The notes beneath the pieces were generated by a model. It was not told where the DNA came from and ran no database searches. It saw nothing but the letters and a program-made list of their open reading frames with translations. The position numbers and the translations under genes are program-made. Positions 48,026 through 57,670 of a stretch of DNA of 59,002 nt are shown one piece after another; position 1 is the first letter of the stretch; the number at the start of each line of letters is the position of its first letter. Source of the stretch: Thermoproteota archaeon (lineage in GTDB: Archaea; Korarchaeota; Korarchaeia; Korarchaeales; Korarchaeaceae); the NCBI GenBank assembly GCA_015522685.1, contig WALU01000016.1, positions 1 through 59,002 of the forward strand, written 5' to 3'.

Positions 48026-49126
48026 GTGCATGGAAAACTGACTTCTGGCAAGGGATTAGAAAAGATAGAGAGCCCTAGATATATAATATTCGGGCCTAAT
48101 GCGATAAATCACACTATGGATATACTCTACAATCTTGGAATGACTGGTACAGCTATTATAGTGAGTGGATCCAGTATCACCGCAAAAATAGCGGAGGATC
48201 TAACATCATCCTTAGATGGCGAAATCAGCGTATATCATGTGGTTACTGCTGGAGGAAGAATAAATGATGTGATGAAAGTGATAGAAGAGGCCCTAAAAGT
48301 GAAAGCAGATTTTTTAATAGGTGTAGGAGGAGGAAGGCCTCTAGATGTAACAAAACTTGCAGCTGCAAAGTTGGGAGTTAGGTATACTGTTGTACCAACA
48401 TCAGCTAGCCATGACGGTATTGCCTCCCCGGCAGTGAATTTCTCGCTATCCAAACAAGCCGAACTGAAATTTGGGGACTCCATTAATGGAATGGAAGCTC
48501 CTACGGCTGTCATAGCTGATACTAACATAATAAATAGAGCACCCCTAATTGCATTTAAATCTGGATTTGGGGACCTAGTAGCGAAATTCACAGCAGTTAG
48601 AGATTGGGAGCTAGCCTATAAGCTAAAGGATGAGCCATATAGCGAATATGCGGCATCGATGTCTCTTCTAAGTGCTAAAATAGCGATGGATCACGCCTCA
48701 GAGATAAAATTCAGGTTGGAAGAGTCTACTCGCATACTAGTTAAGGCACTTATAGGAAGTGGCGTTGCCATCAGCATAGCAGGCAGCTCTAGGCCAGCAA
48801 GTGGAAGCGAGCATATGTTCAGTCACGCTCTAGATAAGATATCCGAAAGGGAAGGAGTTAAATCAGCCCCTCATGGCATACAGTGCGCTCTAGGGACAAT
48901 AATGATGGCCTATCTCCAAGGCCAAGACTGGATGTGGATAAGAGATAAGTTAAAAAAAGCAGGAGTTCCGACTACTGCAGAGGAAGCAGGAATTAAGCCA
49001 GATATGGTAGTGAAAGCCCTTACGATTGCTCATAAGATAAGGGACAGATATACTATCTTGGGAGTATCTGGTCTTACACCTAGGGCTGCTGAAAAATTAG
49101 CTAGATCTACTAGAGTAATACAATAA
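48026..49126 (+). CDS. egsA: Glycerol-1-phosphate dehydrogenase
   Basis: GVGGG-x-x-LD, PTSASHDGIASP, SSRPASGSEHMFSHALD, HG-x-QC and RDRYTILG. Confidence 0.96.
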   Translation: MHGKLTSGKGLEKIESPRYIIFGPNAINHTMDILYNLGMTGTAIIVSGSSITAKIAEDLTSSLDGEISVYHVVTAGGRINDVMKVIEEALKVKADFLIGVGGGRPLDVTKLAAAKLGVRYTVVPTSASHDGIASPAVNFSLSKQAELKFGDSINGMEAPTAVIADTNIINRAPLIAFKSGFGDLVAKFTAVRDWELAYKLKDEPYSEYAASMSLLSAKIAMDHASEIKFRLEESTRILVKALIGSGVAISIAGSSRPASGSEHMFSHALDKISEREGVKSAPHGIQCALGTIMMAYLQGQDWMWIRDKLKKAGVPTTAEEAGIKPDMVVKALTIAHKIRDRYTILGVSGLTPRAAEKLARSTRVIQ

Positions 49127-49778
49127 TTAAGGCTAGTATAAGGCTGGCAATAAGAATAAGGCCTACGAAAAGTGAAGTAAGGCTGATTGAGTAATTGAGA
49201 GAGTTCCCTCTTGGTAAACCTAAAGTGATCCTGTAGATCCTATAAATCAAATAGGTGAACCAAAACAGAGAAAATATTGTAACAAAAGTGGAGATTATCG
49301 GAGGAAAGGAAAGGAGATATGAGACTATCTCAGAGAGTGTTCGGAAGAGAAGGGATCTCCAAGATCCTCCCTCACAACTGAGTATTCTACCAGGAGAAAT
49401 CGCCAATATAAACGTATTCATAATGCCAGCTATAGCAAATGGTATAGAACAGATCCCAGCTAGGTAGCTATGCTTCCTTAATTTCATATTAGACTTTCTA
49501 GACACCTTAATGCCTATAATGGTAGAGGAAATTAACCAGCTGAGGGCTGTTATCAGCCACATATAGAGAAGTAGCAGCTGTTTTGCTTCAATGAATAGTA
49601 AAATTCTCTCGCTGATGACAGTAGATGAGCAGGTTAATCTAATCTCAAGAATGGATAGAGAGAGAGCATGGAAGGCTAAAAAAAGAGAGACAGCTACTAA
49701 TGAGTAGGTAATGTGGGCATTTAGGCCTAGATCTCTAAGCTCTTCCCTCCTTCCAATAAGTAGATCTCGAAGTTTCAA
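49110..49778 (-). CDS. Multi-pass membrane protein (possibly Yip1-like)
   Basis: About five hydrophobic segments; coupled to the stop of the ABCE1 gene. Confidence 0.6.
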   Translation of the reverse strand: MKLRDLLIGRREELRDLGLNAHITYSLVAVSLFLAFHALSLSILEIRLTCSSTVISERILLFIEAKQLLLLYMWLITALSWLISSTIIGIKVSRKSNMKLRKHSYLAGICSIPFAIAGIMNTFILAISPGRILSCEGGSWRSLLFRTLSEIVSYLLSFPPIISTFVTIFSLFWFTYLIYRIYRITLGLPRGNSLNYSISLTSLFVGLILIASLILALIIVLL

Positions 49779-51553
49779 GGGTAATATCTCCCCTCAGCTC
49801 TTGCTATCTGATCAATCTTGGATCCAGGTTTGTTTACCCTCGGTCTACCAGTGTTGGGATCTCTCCTGAAAGTGATACCTACATCCTTAAGAAATATATT
49901 TAGACCCTTCCTTGGGTCCATAGGCTCTGAAGCATATCCTTCTCTCCCAGGCGTTCCCCTAAATACCATTATTCTATCGGCTACAGCCTCTATAGTAAGT
50001 AAGTCGTGCTCAACAACTATTACAGCTTTATTTTCTCCTTTAATCCTTCTCCTTATTGCTTTTGCGGCTGCAAATCTAGCCTCAACATCAAGAAATGCGC
50101 TAGGTTCATCGATCAGATAGATATCAGCATCTCTCCCTAGACAAGATGCAATAGCGACCTTTTGAAGCTCTCCTCCGCTAATCTCATCCAAATATCTATC
50201 TAAAAGCTTCTCTATACCTAACCTCTTAATCACCTCTGTTCTAAAGTAAGGGCTCGAATAATTGGATCCTGCGGTCTTCTTTAGAAGAGATTCAACGGTT
50301 CCCTTGTATGTCGGTTTTACATGTTGCGGCTTATAAGATACCCTAACTCCTTCAGTTAGAACAACTCCTTCCTCAAGCTTCAGTTCTCCGGCTAATATCC
50401 TTACGAAAGTTGTTTTACCTATTCCATTAGGTCCAACAGCAACTACAACTTCTCCGGAATGAATTTCACCTCCTTTTACATAAAGGCCGAATCCATTGAG
50501 TCTCTTCACCAGCTTCGTATAGGAAACCACAATATTTTCCGATATATCTGGTGCTCCTACCCTCTGAAGGAAGGAAATAGGCTCATCCCTGAACCTAACA
50601 TTATCATCCGGCAAATAGCCATCTAGGAATATGTTTACCCCTTCTCTAGTAGAATGTGGGTAACTTACCACACCATAAACACTAGGTTTTCCATAAAGTA
50701 CATGAATATAGTCACTAAGATAGTCAAGAACTGCTAAATCATGCTCTACTAAGATAACAGATTTCCCTCTCTCCTGCAGCCTTCTTATAAGCTTTGCAGC
50801 GCTCATTCTCTGGTATACATCTAAGTAATTGGATGGTTCATCTAGAACGTATACCTCTCCTTCTCTTATATAAGCAGCTGCTAGAGCTATTCTCTGCAAT
50901 TCTCCTCCACTTAACTCTCTTACCTCTCTGTCTAATACTTCTCTCAAGGATAAGAGATCAATGGCTTCGTCTAATAGGTTCCTCTCATTTATCTTCTCCA
51001 AAATCGTTTTTACCTTGCCTTTTACTATTTTTGGTATCTTATCTATCCTCTCTGGCTTATTAATAACGGTTATTTCTCCATTAGATAGCCTTCTAAGGTA
51101 ATCCTGAAGCTCAGATCCTCTAAATCTCTTTATTATCTCTTCCCAATCGGGTTCCTGACCTACCCTACCTAAGTTAGGCTTCAACTTACCGGATAGTATT
51201 GATATGGAAGTTGTCTTACCTACGCCATTGGGACCTACTAGCCCAACTATTTTTCTCAGCCTAATGATGGGAAGCCTGAAGAGAGTAAATCCATTGATCC
51301 CATATCTATGTATCTCTTCCCCCTCCACTGGAGCTGGTAGATTCACTATCGATATGGCAGAAAAGGGGCATTTCTTGACACATATACCACATCCGGTACA
51401 TAGCTCCTCATCTATCACTAACATACCATCTACAAGCTTTATTGTGTCTTCAGCGCCCATCCTAACCTCTGGACAATACTTTATACATTCGAGGCCGCAT
51501 TTTTTTGGATTGCAACGATCTCTATCCACTACAGCTATCCTTCTAGCAGGCAA
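49775..51553 (-). CDS. Ribosome recycling ATPase ABCE1/Rli1
   Basis: N-terminal Fe-S domain (C-x-P-x-KC...CTGCGICVKKCPF), two ABC domains and ITFRRD...RPRVNK. TTG 51553 follows a GGTGA SD. Confidence 0.97.
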   Translation of the reverse strand: MPARRIAVVDRDRCNPKKCGLECIKYCPEVRMGAEDTIKLVDGMLVIDEELCTGCGICVKKCPFSAISIVNLPAPVEGEEIHRYGINGFTLFRLPIIRLRKIVGLVGPNGVGKTTSISILSGKLKPNLGRVGQEPDWEEIIKRFRGSELQDYLRRLSNGEITVINKPERIDKIPKIVKGKVKTILEKINERNLLDEAIDLLSLREVLDREVRELSGGELQRIALAAAYIREGEVYVLDEPSNYLDVYQRMSAAKLIRRLQERGKSVILVEHDLAVLDYLSDYIHVLYGKPSVYGVVSYPHSTREGVNIFLDGYLPDDNVRFRDEPISFLQRVGAPDISENIVVSYTKLVKRLNGFGLYVKGGEIHSGEVVVAVGPNGIGKTTFVRILAGELKLEEGVVLTEGVRVSYKPQHVKPTYKGTVESLLKKTAGSNYSSPYFRTEVIKRLGIEKLLDRYLDEISGGELQKVAIASCLGRDADIYLIDEPSAFLDVEARFAAAKAIRRRIKGENKAVIVVEHDLLTIEAVADRIMVFRGTPGREGYASEPMDPRKGLNIFLKDVGITFRRDPNTGRPRVNKPGSKIDQIARAEGRYYP

Positions 51554-51557
51554 AAGA

Positions 51558-52166
51558 TCACCTTGGGAGAGATACAGCTTCCCTCCCGAGGTCAAATGCC
51601 TTTAAATTTAAATTCCTATACTCCTCTGAAGAGACCTCCTTAAGAGCCTCTCTGAGTGCACCTTCAGGGAATGGCAAAGCTCCTGATGCTTCAGCTGCAC
51701 CTAGCATAACAGTATCAGCTACTATATAATCTCCTGCCTTTTCAGCGAGCTTATAGGCACTTAACGTTATTAGATCCTTTGGATTAAGGCTTCTCATAAG
51801 ATCCAATACTTCCTCAAAGCTAGGTATAGGGAATCTCTCTATGTAAGCGCTCACTGGTGGTATTATATGATCATTCATCACAACAGTAGTTCTCTCAGAT
51901 ACATAAGGTGCCTGTCTTAACCCCTCCAAAGGCTCCAGCGATATTAGAAGATCTAAAGTACCTTCTAGTATTAAAGGACTTGAGACATTTTCTCCTATCC
52001 TCAACTCTGTTCTTATTGAACCATATCTCTGAGAAAGTCCATGAACCTCACTCTGGACGAAGTTCAATCCTAGCTTTAGGGTAGCTCTCGCTATAACATC
52101 CATGGTGAACAGTATACCTTGTCCCCCGACACCAGATACTATAATGTTAAACTCCTTAACGTTCAT
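51558..52166 (-). CDS. iorB: Indolepyruvate:ferredoxin oxidoreductase beta subunit
   Basis: GVGGQG, SEVHGLSQR-x-GS and N-x-KAF-x-LG. Confidence 0.94.
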   Translation of the reverse strand: MNVKEFNIIVSGVGGQGILFTMDVIARATLKLGLNFVQSEVHGLSQRYGSIRTELRIGENVSSPLILEGTLDLLISLEPLEGLRQAPYVSERTTVVMNDHIIPPVSAYIERFPIPSFEEVLDLMRSLNPKDLITLSAYKLAEKAGDYIVADTVMLGAAEASGALPFPEGALREALKEVSSEEYRNLNLKAFDLGREAVSLPR

Positions 52167-52170
52167 GCTC

Positions 52171-54066
52171 TCACACCCCTATCCCCTGCTCCCGCCAGTT
52201 TAGTGACCCTTTCTGAGGTATTATGGCATCATAGGGACACACCTGAGTACAAGCTCCGCATCCAAAGCAGATGGTAGGATCTATCTCGACTATTGAACCA
52301 GTATCAACAAATGCTGGGCATGCGAAGGTATTCATGCAGACTCTACAGTAGGTACACTTATCAGGATCTACTATGTAAGGTTCTCCTACTCTACCCTCTC
52401 TTCTTAGTCTCCTAACAGTAAGTAAGGCGCACTCTCTCCTAGAAATTATGACAGAGACTCCATCTCTCTTCAAAGCTTCCCTTATCGTCTTCTCCATCTC
52501 GGCATGATTATATGGATCTACTACCTTAACATAGTCAACCCCTATAGACCTGACAACATCCTCTATATCTACGGCAGGGGCTTTTTCGCCCATTGCATTA
52601 AAATCACTCCCTGGATGTGGTTGATGTCCTGTCATGGCTGTTATCTTGTTATCCATTATCATTACAGTCATCTTCCTCTTATTATGGACAGCGTTGATCA
52701 GTGCTGGAATCCCAGCATGGAAGAATGTTGAATCTCCAATTAGCGCTACTACATCTTCTCCAGTAGCAAGGCTGATGCCATTTCCTATTCCTATAGATGA
52801 ACCCATGGCATGAGTTACCTGTTCTACCCTGAAAGGTTTCTCAAAGAGAAGAGCATAGCATCCTATATCTCCTATAAATGCTGCTCCTCCAGCCGCTCTT
52901 CTGAGAGCATAGCCGGCTGATCTATGTGGGCAGGCAGGGCATAACACAGGAGGTCTTGGAGGTACCTTGCTTAGGACCTTGGAGCTTCTCTCATCTATTT
53001 TTGCGAAATCTATTGGAGAAGCTATACCAGTGGCCTTAGATAGGCCCTCCAAAACGGTTCTCATGGTATATTCCCCAACTCTAGGCATATGTCCAGTGAG
53101 CTTACCGAGTATCCTGACATCTGGAGCATAATCCTTCGCTACAGCTTTAGCTCTAAGCTCTAAATATGGGTCAAGCTCCTCAACTACAAAAGCGGTCGTA
53201 ACTGAAGACAGGAAATCGCCTATTACCTTCTCTGGAAGGGGATAGGTCATAGTTAATTTCAGGATTTTTGCATTGAGATTGGCCAATTTTACTGCTTCTT
53301 TGGCATAAGAGTAAGCGACTCCTGATGTTAAGATACCAAAATCTGAATCAGGCGAACCTTCAATCTTATAAAACCTAGGAGATACATTCATCTGTATTTC
53401 CTTCAGTTTCCTGAGCAATTCGCTATGATGCTTCCTAGCTATCGCTCCCACCTGGAGGTATCTATCTGGTTCTTTAGGCGCAAACTTGCCCTTTCCTGGG
53501 CCAGCAGTTATCTCTCCAAGCTTAACAGGAGTTCTTTGATGACTTATCCGAGTTGTAGTTCTAATTAGGATAGGCACCTTGAACCTATCAGATATACCAA
53601 ATGCCTCCTTGATTAGGTCCTTCGCTTCCTGTGAATTGGAAGGTTCAAGCATGGGAAGGCCAATAGCTTCGCTATAATGCCTATTGTCCTGCTCATTTTG
53701 ACTGCTATGCGCATGAGGATCGTCTGCAGATACTATAACCATGGCTCCTGCAATTCCTGCATAGGCTAGAGTGAATATTGCATCTGTTGCAACGTTAAAG
53801 CCTACATGCTTCATCATTGTTAGGGATCTAAGGCCCGACCATGCTGCTCCCATGGCTACTTCTGTTGCAACCTTCTCATTTACTGACCACTCAAAATAGA
53901 TTCCCAATTTCTTAGCTACTTTCGATAGGGCTTCACCTATTTCAGTGCTAGGAGTACCAGGATATGCAGCGGCTACATTCAAGCCTGCTTCTAAAGATCC
54001 TCTTGCTATTGCTTCATTTCCGAGGAGAACTTCAAAGGTGTCAGCTGGAGCAAGTAGATCTCCCAT
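52171..54066 (-). CDS. iorA: Indolepyruvate:ferredoxin oxidoreductase alpha subunit
   Basis: GNEAIARG, YPGTPSTEI, MKHVG, SSQNEQD, CPACPH, GDSTFFH and a C-terminal ferredoxin domain. Confidence 0.96.
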   Translation of the reverse strand: MGDLLAPADTFEVLLGNEAIARGSLEAGLNVAAAYPGTPSTEIGEALSKVAKKLGIYFEWSVNEKVATEVAMGAAWSGLRSLTMMKHVGFNVATDAIFTLAYAGIAGAMVIVSADDPHAHSSQNEQDNRHYSEAIGLPMLEPSNSQEAKDLIKEAFGISDRFKVPILIRTTTRISHQRTPVKLGEITAGPGKGKFAPKEPDRYLQVGAIARKHHSELLRKLKEIQMNVSPRFYKIEGSPDSDFGILTSGVAYSYAKEAVKLANLNAKILKLTMTYPLPEKVIGDFLSSVTTAFVVEELDPYLELRAKAVAKDYAPDVRILGKLTGHMPRVGEYTMRTVLEGLSKATGIASPIDFAKIDERSSKVLSKVPPRPPVLCPACPHRSAGYALRRAAGGAAFIGDIGCYALLFEKPFRVEQVTHAMGSSIGIGNGISLATGEDVVALIGDSTFFHAGIPALINAVHNKRKMTVMIMDNKITAMTGHQPHPGSDFNAMGEKAPAVDIEDVVRSIGVDYVKVVDPYNHAEMEKTIREALKRDGVSVIISRRECALLTVRRLRREGRVGEPYIVDPDKCTYCRVCMNTFACPAFVDTGSIVEIDPTICFGCGACTQVCPYDAIIPQKGSLNWREQGIGV

Positions 54067-54201
54067 AAAAGTAACCCATAAAACGATAACCTCGCTAATT
54101 TATAATTATGCGAAAATTAGTTTATATAATATCCAGTAGAGGTTAGATGAATCATATAAACAAAAAGAGCCTTATCCAGCAAATTATCAGCTACTTGGTG
54201 A

Positions 54202-55503
54202 TTATTGATTTGAGAATGAGGATATTTTTATGAGAGAGTCGATCGCCCTCATGGCTCTACATGGACTTGAGTAGGCGGGGATTCCCTTACGTCTTAGCTG
54301 AAGTACTGCCTCCTTGGATTTCTCTCCTCCCATCATAACAGGGATAATTGGCTTCTCATACAATTCCCATAATTCATAGAACATGCTAGCTAATCTAAGA
54401 GGATCAGATAGAGCCGTTTCGCAATATATAGCTATTATGCCATCAAAGTCATCGCTTGATAGCACTACATCCAGAATGCCCCTATATATGTCGGTCCCAG
54501 CTCTTCCCGTTATATCAATAGGATTTGATGAGCATATACCTCCCTCAGGGACGAACTGCCTTATCTGATCTATTAGGTCTTCACTAGGACGTGAAAGCTT
54601 GATCTTTGTTTGATTAGATAATCCCGTAATTAGCTTACCGGCTCCACCGCTGTTAGTTACAATGAGCACTCTATTTCCTTTGATTCTTTTTCCTGCCATA
54701 ACTAAGACAAGATCTAGGGCCTGTTCAACATCGTCAACTATTGGGATATATCCATCAAAGCTCTCTAACTTCTCTCTAACATCGCTCGCTGATGAAAGGA
54801 TGACTACTGGCTTTGAATTAATGGAGTTTTTTAGTATATCTATGAGGCTCTCCGGGTCATTTATCTTCTCTAAATGCATTAGAATAGATCTAGTAGACCT
54901 GTCCCTCATTAGAAAATCTAATATATCTGATTCATTTATATCAAGCTTATCTCCGAGCCCTACCACTGCTGAAAGCCCGATTCCCTCTACTGTGGTTAGT
55001 CCCATTAATGCCATACCGAGAGTTCTAGATTCCATTATCAATCCTACACTACCCTCTATAACTGAAAGGGGTCCTAAAGCTGCATTGAGCTTGCTTCCTG
55101 CATGGAAAATCCCCATGGAAGATGGACCTAGAATCTTTATTCCATACTTCCTAGCCAACTCCACTATAGGTAAGGATGATAGATCGCCCCTCCTCCCGGA
55201 AATTACAACAGCAACCTTAACGCCTTTAGCCTTCAACTCACCCAGAATTTTCGGTATTCTCTCAATGGGCGAGACTAATATTGCTAGATCGATATCATCT
55301 GTTATATCCAATATCGTCTTATAGCAACGAATATCATGTATCTCCTTATACTTAGGATTAACGGGGAAAATTGGACCTTGAAAACCATATCTCACTATAT
55401 TCGTCAGGATTTCATATCCCATCTTACCTGGGGTCTTTGATACCCCTATAACAGCTATAGATTTAGGTCTGAATAAGTAACTTAGGTAGATATCATCTTC
55501 CAA
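54202..55503 (-). CDS. ADP-forming acyl-CoA synthetase alpha-like protein lacking the phospho-His loop
   Basis: Collinear with the 15244 AcdA (PKSIAVIG, PVNP, TNSGG, NPIDITG), but the SHTGSLAG segment is absent. Confidence 0.8.
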   Translation of the reverse strand: MEDDIYLSYLFRPKSIAVIGVSKTPGKMGYEILTNIVRYGFQGPIFPVNPKYKEIHDIRCYKTILDITDDIDLAILVSPIERIPKILGELKAKGVKVAVVISGRRGDLSSLPIVELARKYGIKILGPSSMGIFHAGSKLNAALGPLSVIEGSVGLIMESRTLGMALMGLTTVEGIGLSAVVGLGDKLDINESDILDFLMRDRSTRSILMHLEKINDPESLIDILKNSINSKPVVILSSASDVREKLESFDGYIPIVDDVEQALDLVLVMAGKRIKGNRVLIVTNSGGAGKLITGLSNQTKIKLSRPSEDLIDQIRQFVPEGGICSSNPIDITGRAGTDIYRGILDVVLSSDDFDGIIAIYCETALSDPLRLASMFYELWELYEKPIIPVMMGGEKSKEAVLQLRRKGIPAYSSPCRAMRAIDSLIKISSFSNQ

Positions 55504-55509
55504 TGAGCC

Positions 55510-56022
55510 TCACCTCCTCTCATCTGATGCAACGGCTCGCCAAATGGAATCTCCAGCATGATGCAGGTTATAGATAGTTCTTCCCTTATCTTTAACTTCA
55601 TTAGATGATCTTAGAGCCTTCCCTACAGCTAATGCTGCACCGAGCCTCTCATCAACCACCACTACCAGATCTCCCTTAGAAAACTCTCCCTTAACGTCTC
55701 TTATCCCTGGACCCATAATATGAGCTCCATTGGCTATCGGCTTGACGGCTCCTAGATCGACGACAACCCTAGGAATTGGCAGGTCAAATTTTTCGACAGA
55801 TGTGAGGAATGGAATGAGGTCGCCAGTAGGCAATTCCACTAGAAGAGGATACCCATTATAGTAGTAAACCTTTGCAGTTTTCCCTTTCCATGGAACCTCG
55901 AGTACTTGGAGAGAAACCTTTCTACTTATTATAACATTCTCCAGCCCAGGTATTTCTCTCAATGCCCTGTCAATTACTGATTTGCTTTCCTTTACTGTGA
56001 TAGCATATTTATGCTTGGAGAT
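55510..56022 (-). CDS. PUA-domain RNA-binding protein (DUF1947/MCT-1-like)
   Basis: VVVDLGAVKPIANGAHIMGPGI...GDLVVVVDE...HHAGD-x-IW. The frame stays open upstream of the track start (55962) to ATC 56022, behind a GGTGA SD. Confidence 0.85.
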   Translation of the reverse strand: MSKHKYAITVKESKSVIDRALREIPGLENVIISRKVSLQVLEVPWKGKTAKVYYYNGYPLLVELPTGDLIPFLTSVEKFDLPIPRVVVDLGAVKPIANGAHIMGPGIRDVKGEFSKGDLVVVVDERLGAALAVGKALRSSNEVKDKGRTIYNLHHAGDSIWRAVASDERR

Positions 56023-56045
56023 AAAGCCTCACCCTTAAGATCTAA

Positions 56046-56122
56046 TGGCGCCCGGGCTGGGATTTGAACCCAGGTCTGAGGCTCGACAGGCCCCAATGCT
56101 AGCCGGGCTACACCACCCGGGC
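56046..56122 (-). tRNA. tRNA-Asp (anticodon GUC), CCA encoded
   Basis: Acceptor GCCCGGG/CCCGGGC followed by GCCA; anticodon arm GGGGC-CTGTCGA-GCCTC; T-loop TTCAAAT. Confidence 0.96.
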
Positions 56123-56294
56123 ACTGGGTAGAGGAGGCTCCTGCCTATTATAAATATTTCACTGGTACCTCTTAAGGTAACCTCATAGATCTTCTTCGTC
56201 TTCAAGGAATTCCCCTAATAATGGTGACTCAGAAATTCCCAGTCACTTTACCTCCTATATTATTAATGGAAAACTTGGCAGAGAGAATGAAAAG

Positions 56295-56625
56295 AGGGTG
56301 AAGGTCGCATGTCTAGCACAATTTTTACTAGCCGCTTTAGCGGTCCTTAGAATTATCTCTATGCTGTTTCCTCTTAGCTTCGTCTCCTGAAGCTATGTTC
56401 GTGGCATAGGGAGCGCATAACAATAGAATTATATCATTAGCTTCGGCCTCTTCTCTTATTCAAGTGAGCAATTCTTCATTTTTGGATATAGATCTTACGA
56501 CTTGATATTCCATTCCACCGAATTCCATGCTCCTAAGATATGAGAAAGCCTTCCTTCCTCCCTTCTTAGAAGCATCCATCGGATAGCCTGCAGGTCCGGA
56601 TCTTATCTTATCTTAGTTTATCGAT
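56295..56625 (-). pseudogene. Decayed archaeal endonuclease IV (Nfo-like) fragment
   Basis: Manual translation KIRSGPAGYP...YLRSM...MEYQVVRS...*IREEAEANDIILLLCAPYATNIASGDEAKRK matches the IRFGPAG/ME-x-x-FVRG/HAPY-x-x-NL pattern. It contains a stop and frameshifts and is 3'-truncated. Boundaries approximate. Confidence 0.75.
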
Positions 56626-56703
56626 TAATACCTCGCATCCAGTTGAGACTATCTTTTCGCTTGGTAGCAGTCAATCTCTTGATCTACAGGGGGTCATATC
56701 ATG

Positions 56704-56719
56704 TAGAAAGGTTATATAT
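56704..56719 (+). promoter_or_regulatory. BRE plus TATA box (TAGAAAGG-TTATATAT) for the putative ncRNA
   Basis: Purine-rich BRE immediately 5' of TTATATAT, centred about 25 nt upstream of G56741. Confidence 0.7.
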
Positions 56720-56740
56720 GCTCCAACTAGTTCATATACT

Positions 56741-56875
56741 GGGGATCGCCTAGTCTTGGCGGGCTTAGCCCAACTGAGGGCTATGGCTCTATGGATGTGG
56801 AAGGGGTCCTTAATTGACCCCGATCTTAGGCGTCCATTGGGCGCCTACCTCTGAACGTAAAGCTGGGCGATCCCC
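56741..56875 (+). ncRNA. Unidentified 135-nt structured RNA
   Basis: GC-rich island with a 14-bp closing stem and four internal hairpins. All non-Watson-Crick pairs are G-U on the + strand. Promoter upstream and pyrimidine tract downstream. Confidence 0.7.
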
Positions 56876-56919
56876 CTGTCTACTTTCTTCTCAATGGTAA
56901 GATAGTGGATCCTAAGGCC

Positions 56920-57664
56920 TGATGTATTAAGGATATTTGATAACGAAGAAAAGAGATGGCCCCCCGTCACCTTAGCATATAAGATGTAGCTGAACCTAGA
57001 ATTATAAGAGTCTTAATTCGCATGAGGGAGGAATCACCGATAACTCTCCCTAGAACGGTCTTCTTCTTGAGATTAACTTCAAATGAGCCTTCTGCCAAAA
57101 ATGGGGCGTTATTTCATGGTTTTCTCTTAGATATGCCTACAAATGAGAAATACATGGCTAGTACCATAAATAGGCTTGAGAGAGCCTAAAAACATTAACT
57201 TAGTAGAAGAACCTATTCCAAATATACACGTAATACTAAGAGTTCTTAAGCTAGTCGAGAAGGATTTTCTGGTAATTTGGGACTCTAATGCATATATGAA
57301 TGAAAAACAACGAAGCTATTTCTTGGTATAACCGATCTCTAACTATCTAATTAATTTTCAAATACTGGAGTTATAATTGCACTAAAGTATATAATCAATT
57401 CCTAAACATAGAGATGTCGTAACTAGAAATCTAATAATAAGGCATTTGGCTCTCTCGGGACATATAGATTGATATACGAAACCAATATTAAGTGGATATC
57501 CTTAGAATGACTGATGCTTTAGTTAATATAATTGGATTAATACATCGAATACATGGCAGATAAGTATCTTGAGATAAATAGGATAGGAGAAGTCAAGGGA
57601 GAAGATCAGAGAAACATATAGATTTGCAGAGAGCCTAGGTCTTAGGCGGAGATCTATAAGTTAG
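56920..57664 (+). pseudogene. Heavily decayed PflX-like (COG1313) radical SAM gene
   Basis: Collinear fragments across frames: MREESPI...TVFF, CQKW, NINLVEEPIPNIH, VIWDSNAYM, FKYW, VVTRNLIIRHLALSGHID*YTKPIL, ADKYLEINR, FAESLGL. Many stops and frameshifts; 5' boundary approximate. Confidence 0.8.
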
Positions 57665-57670
57665 CTAATT

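Noticed and set aside
56046-56122. tRNA-Asp as an integration site for a mobile element
   Set aside because: No integrase and no duplicated tRNA 3' end seen; the decayed region lies on the 5' side and holds ordinary cellular genes.
56741-56875. MITE or Tn3-like element interpretation of the GGGG...CCCC terminal inverted repeat
   Set aside because: No convincing target-site duplication and a single copy in the window. G-U-only mismatches and a correctly spaced promoter fit an RNA gene better. Not fully excluded.
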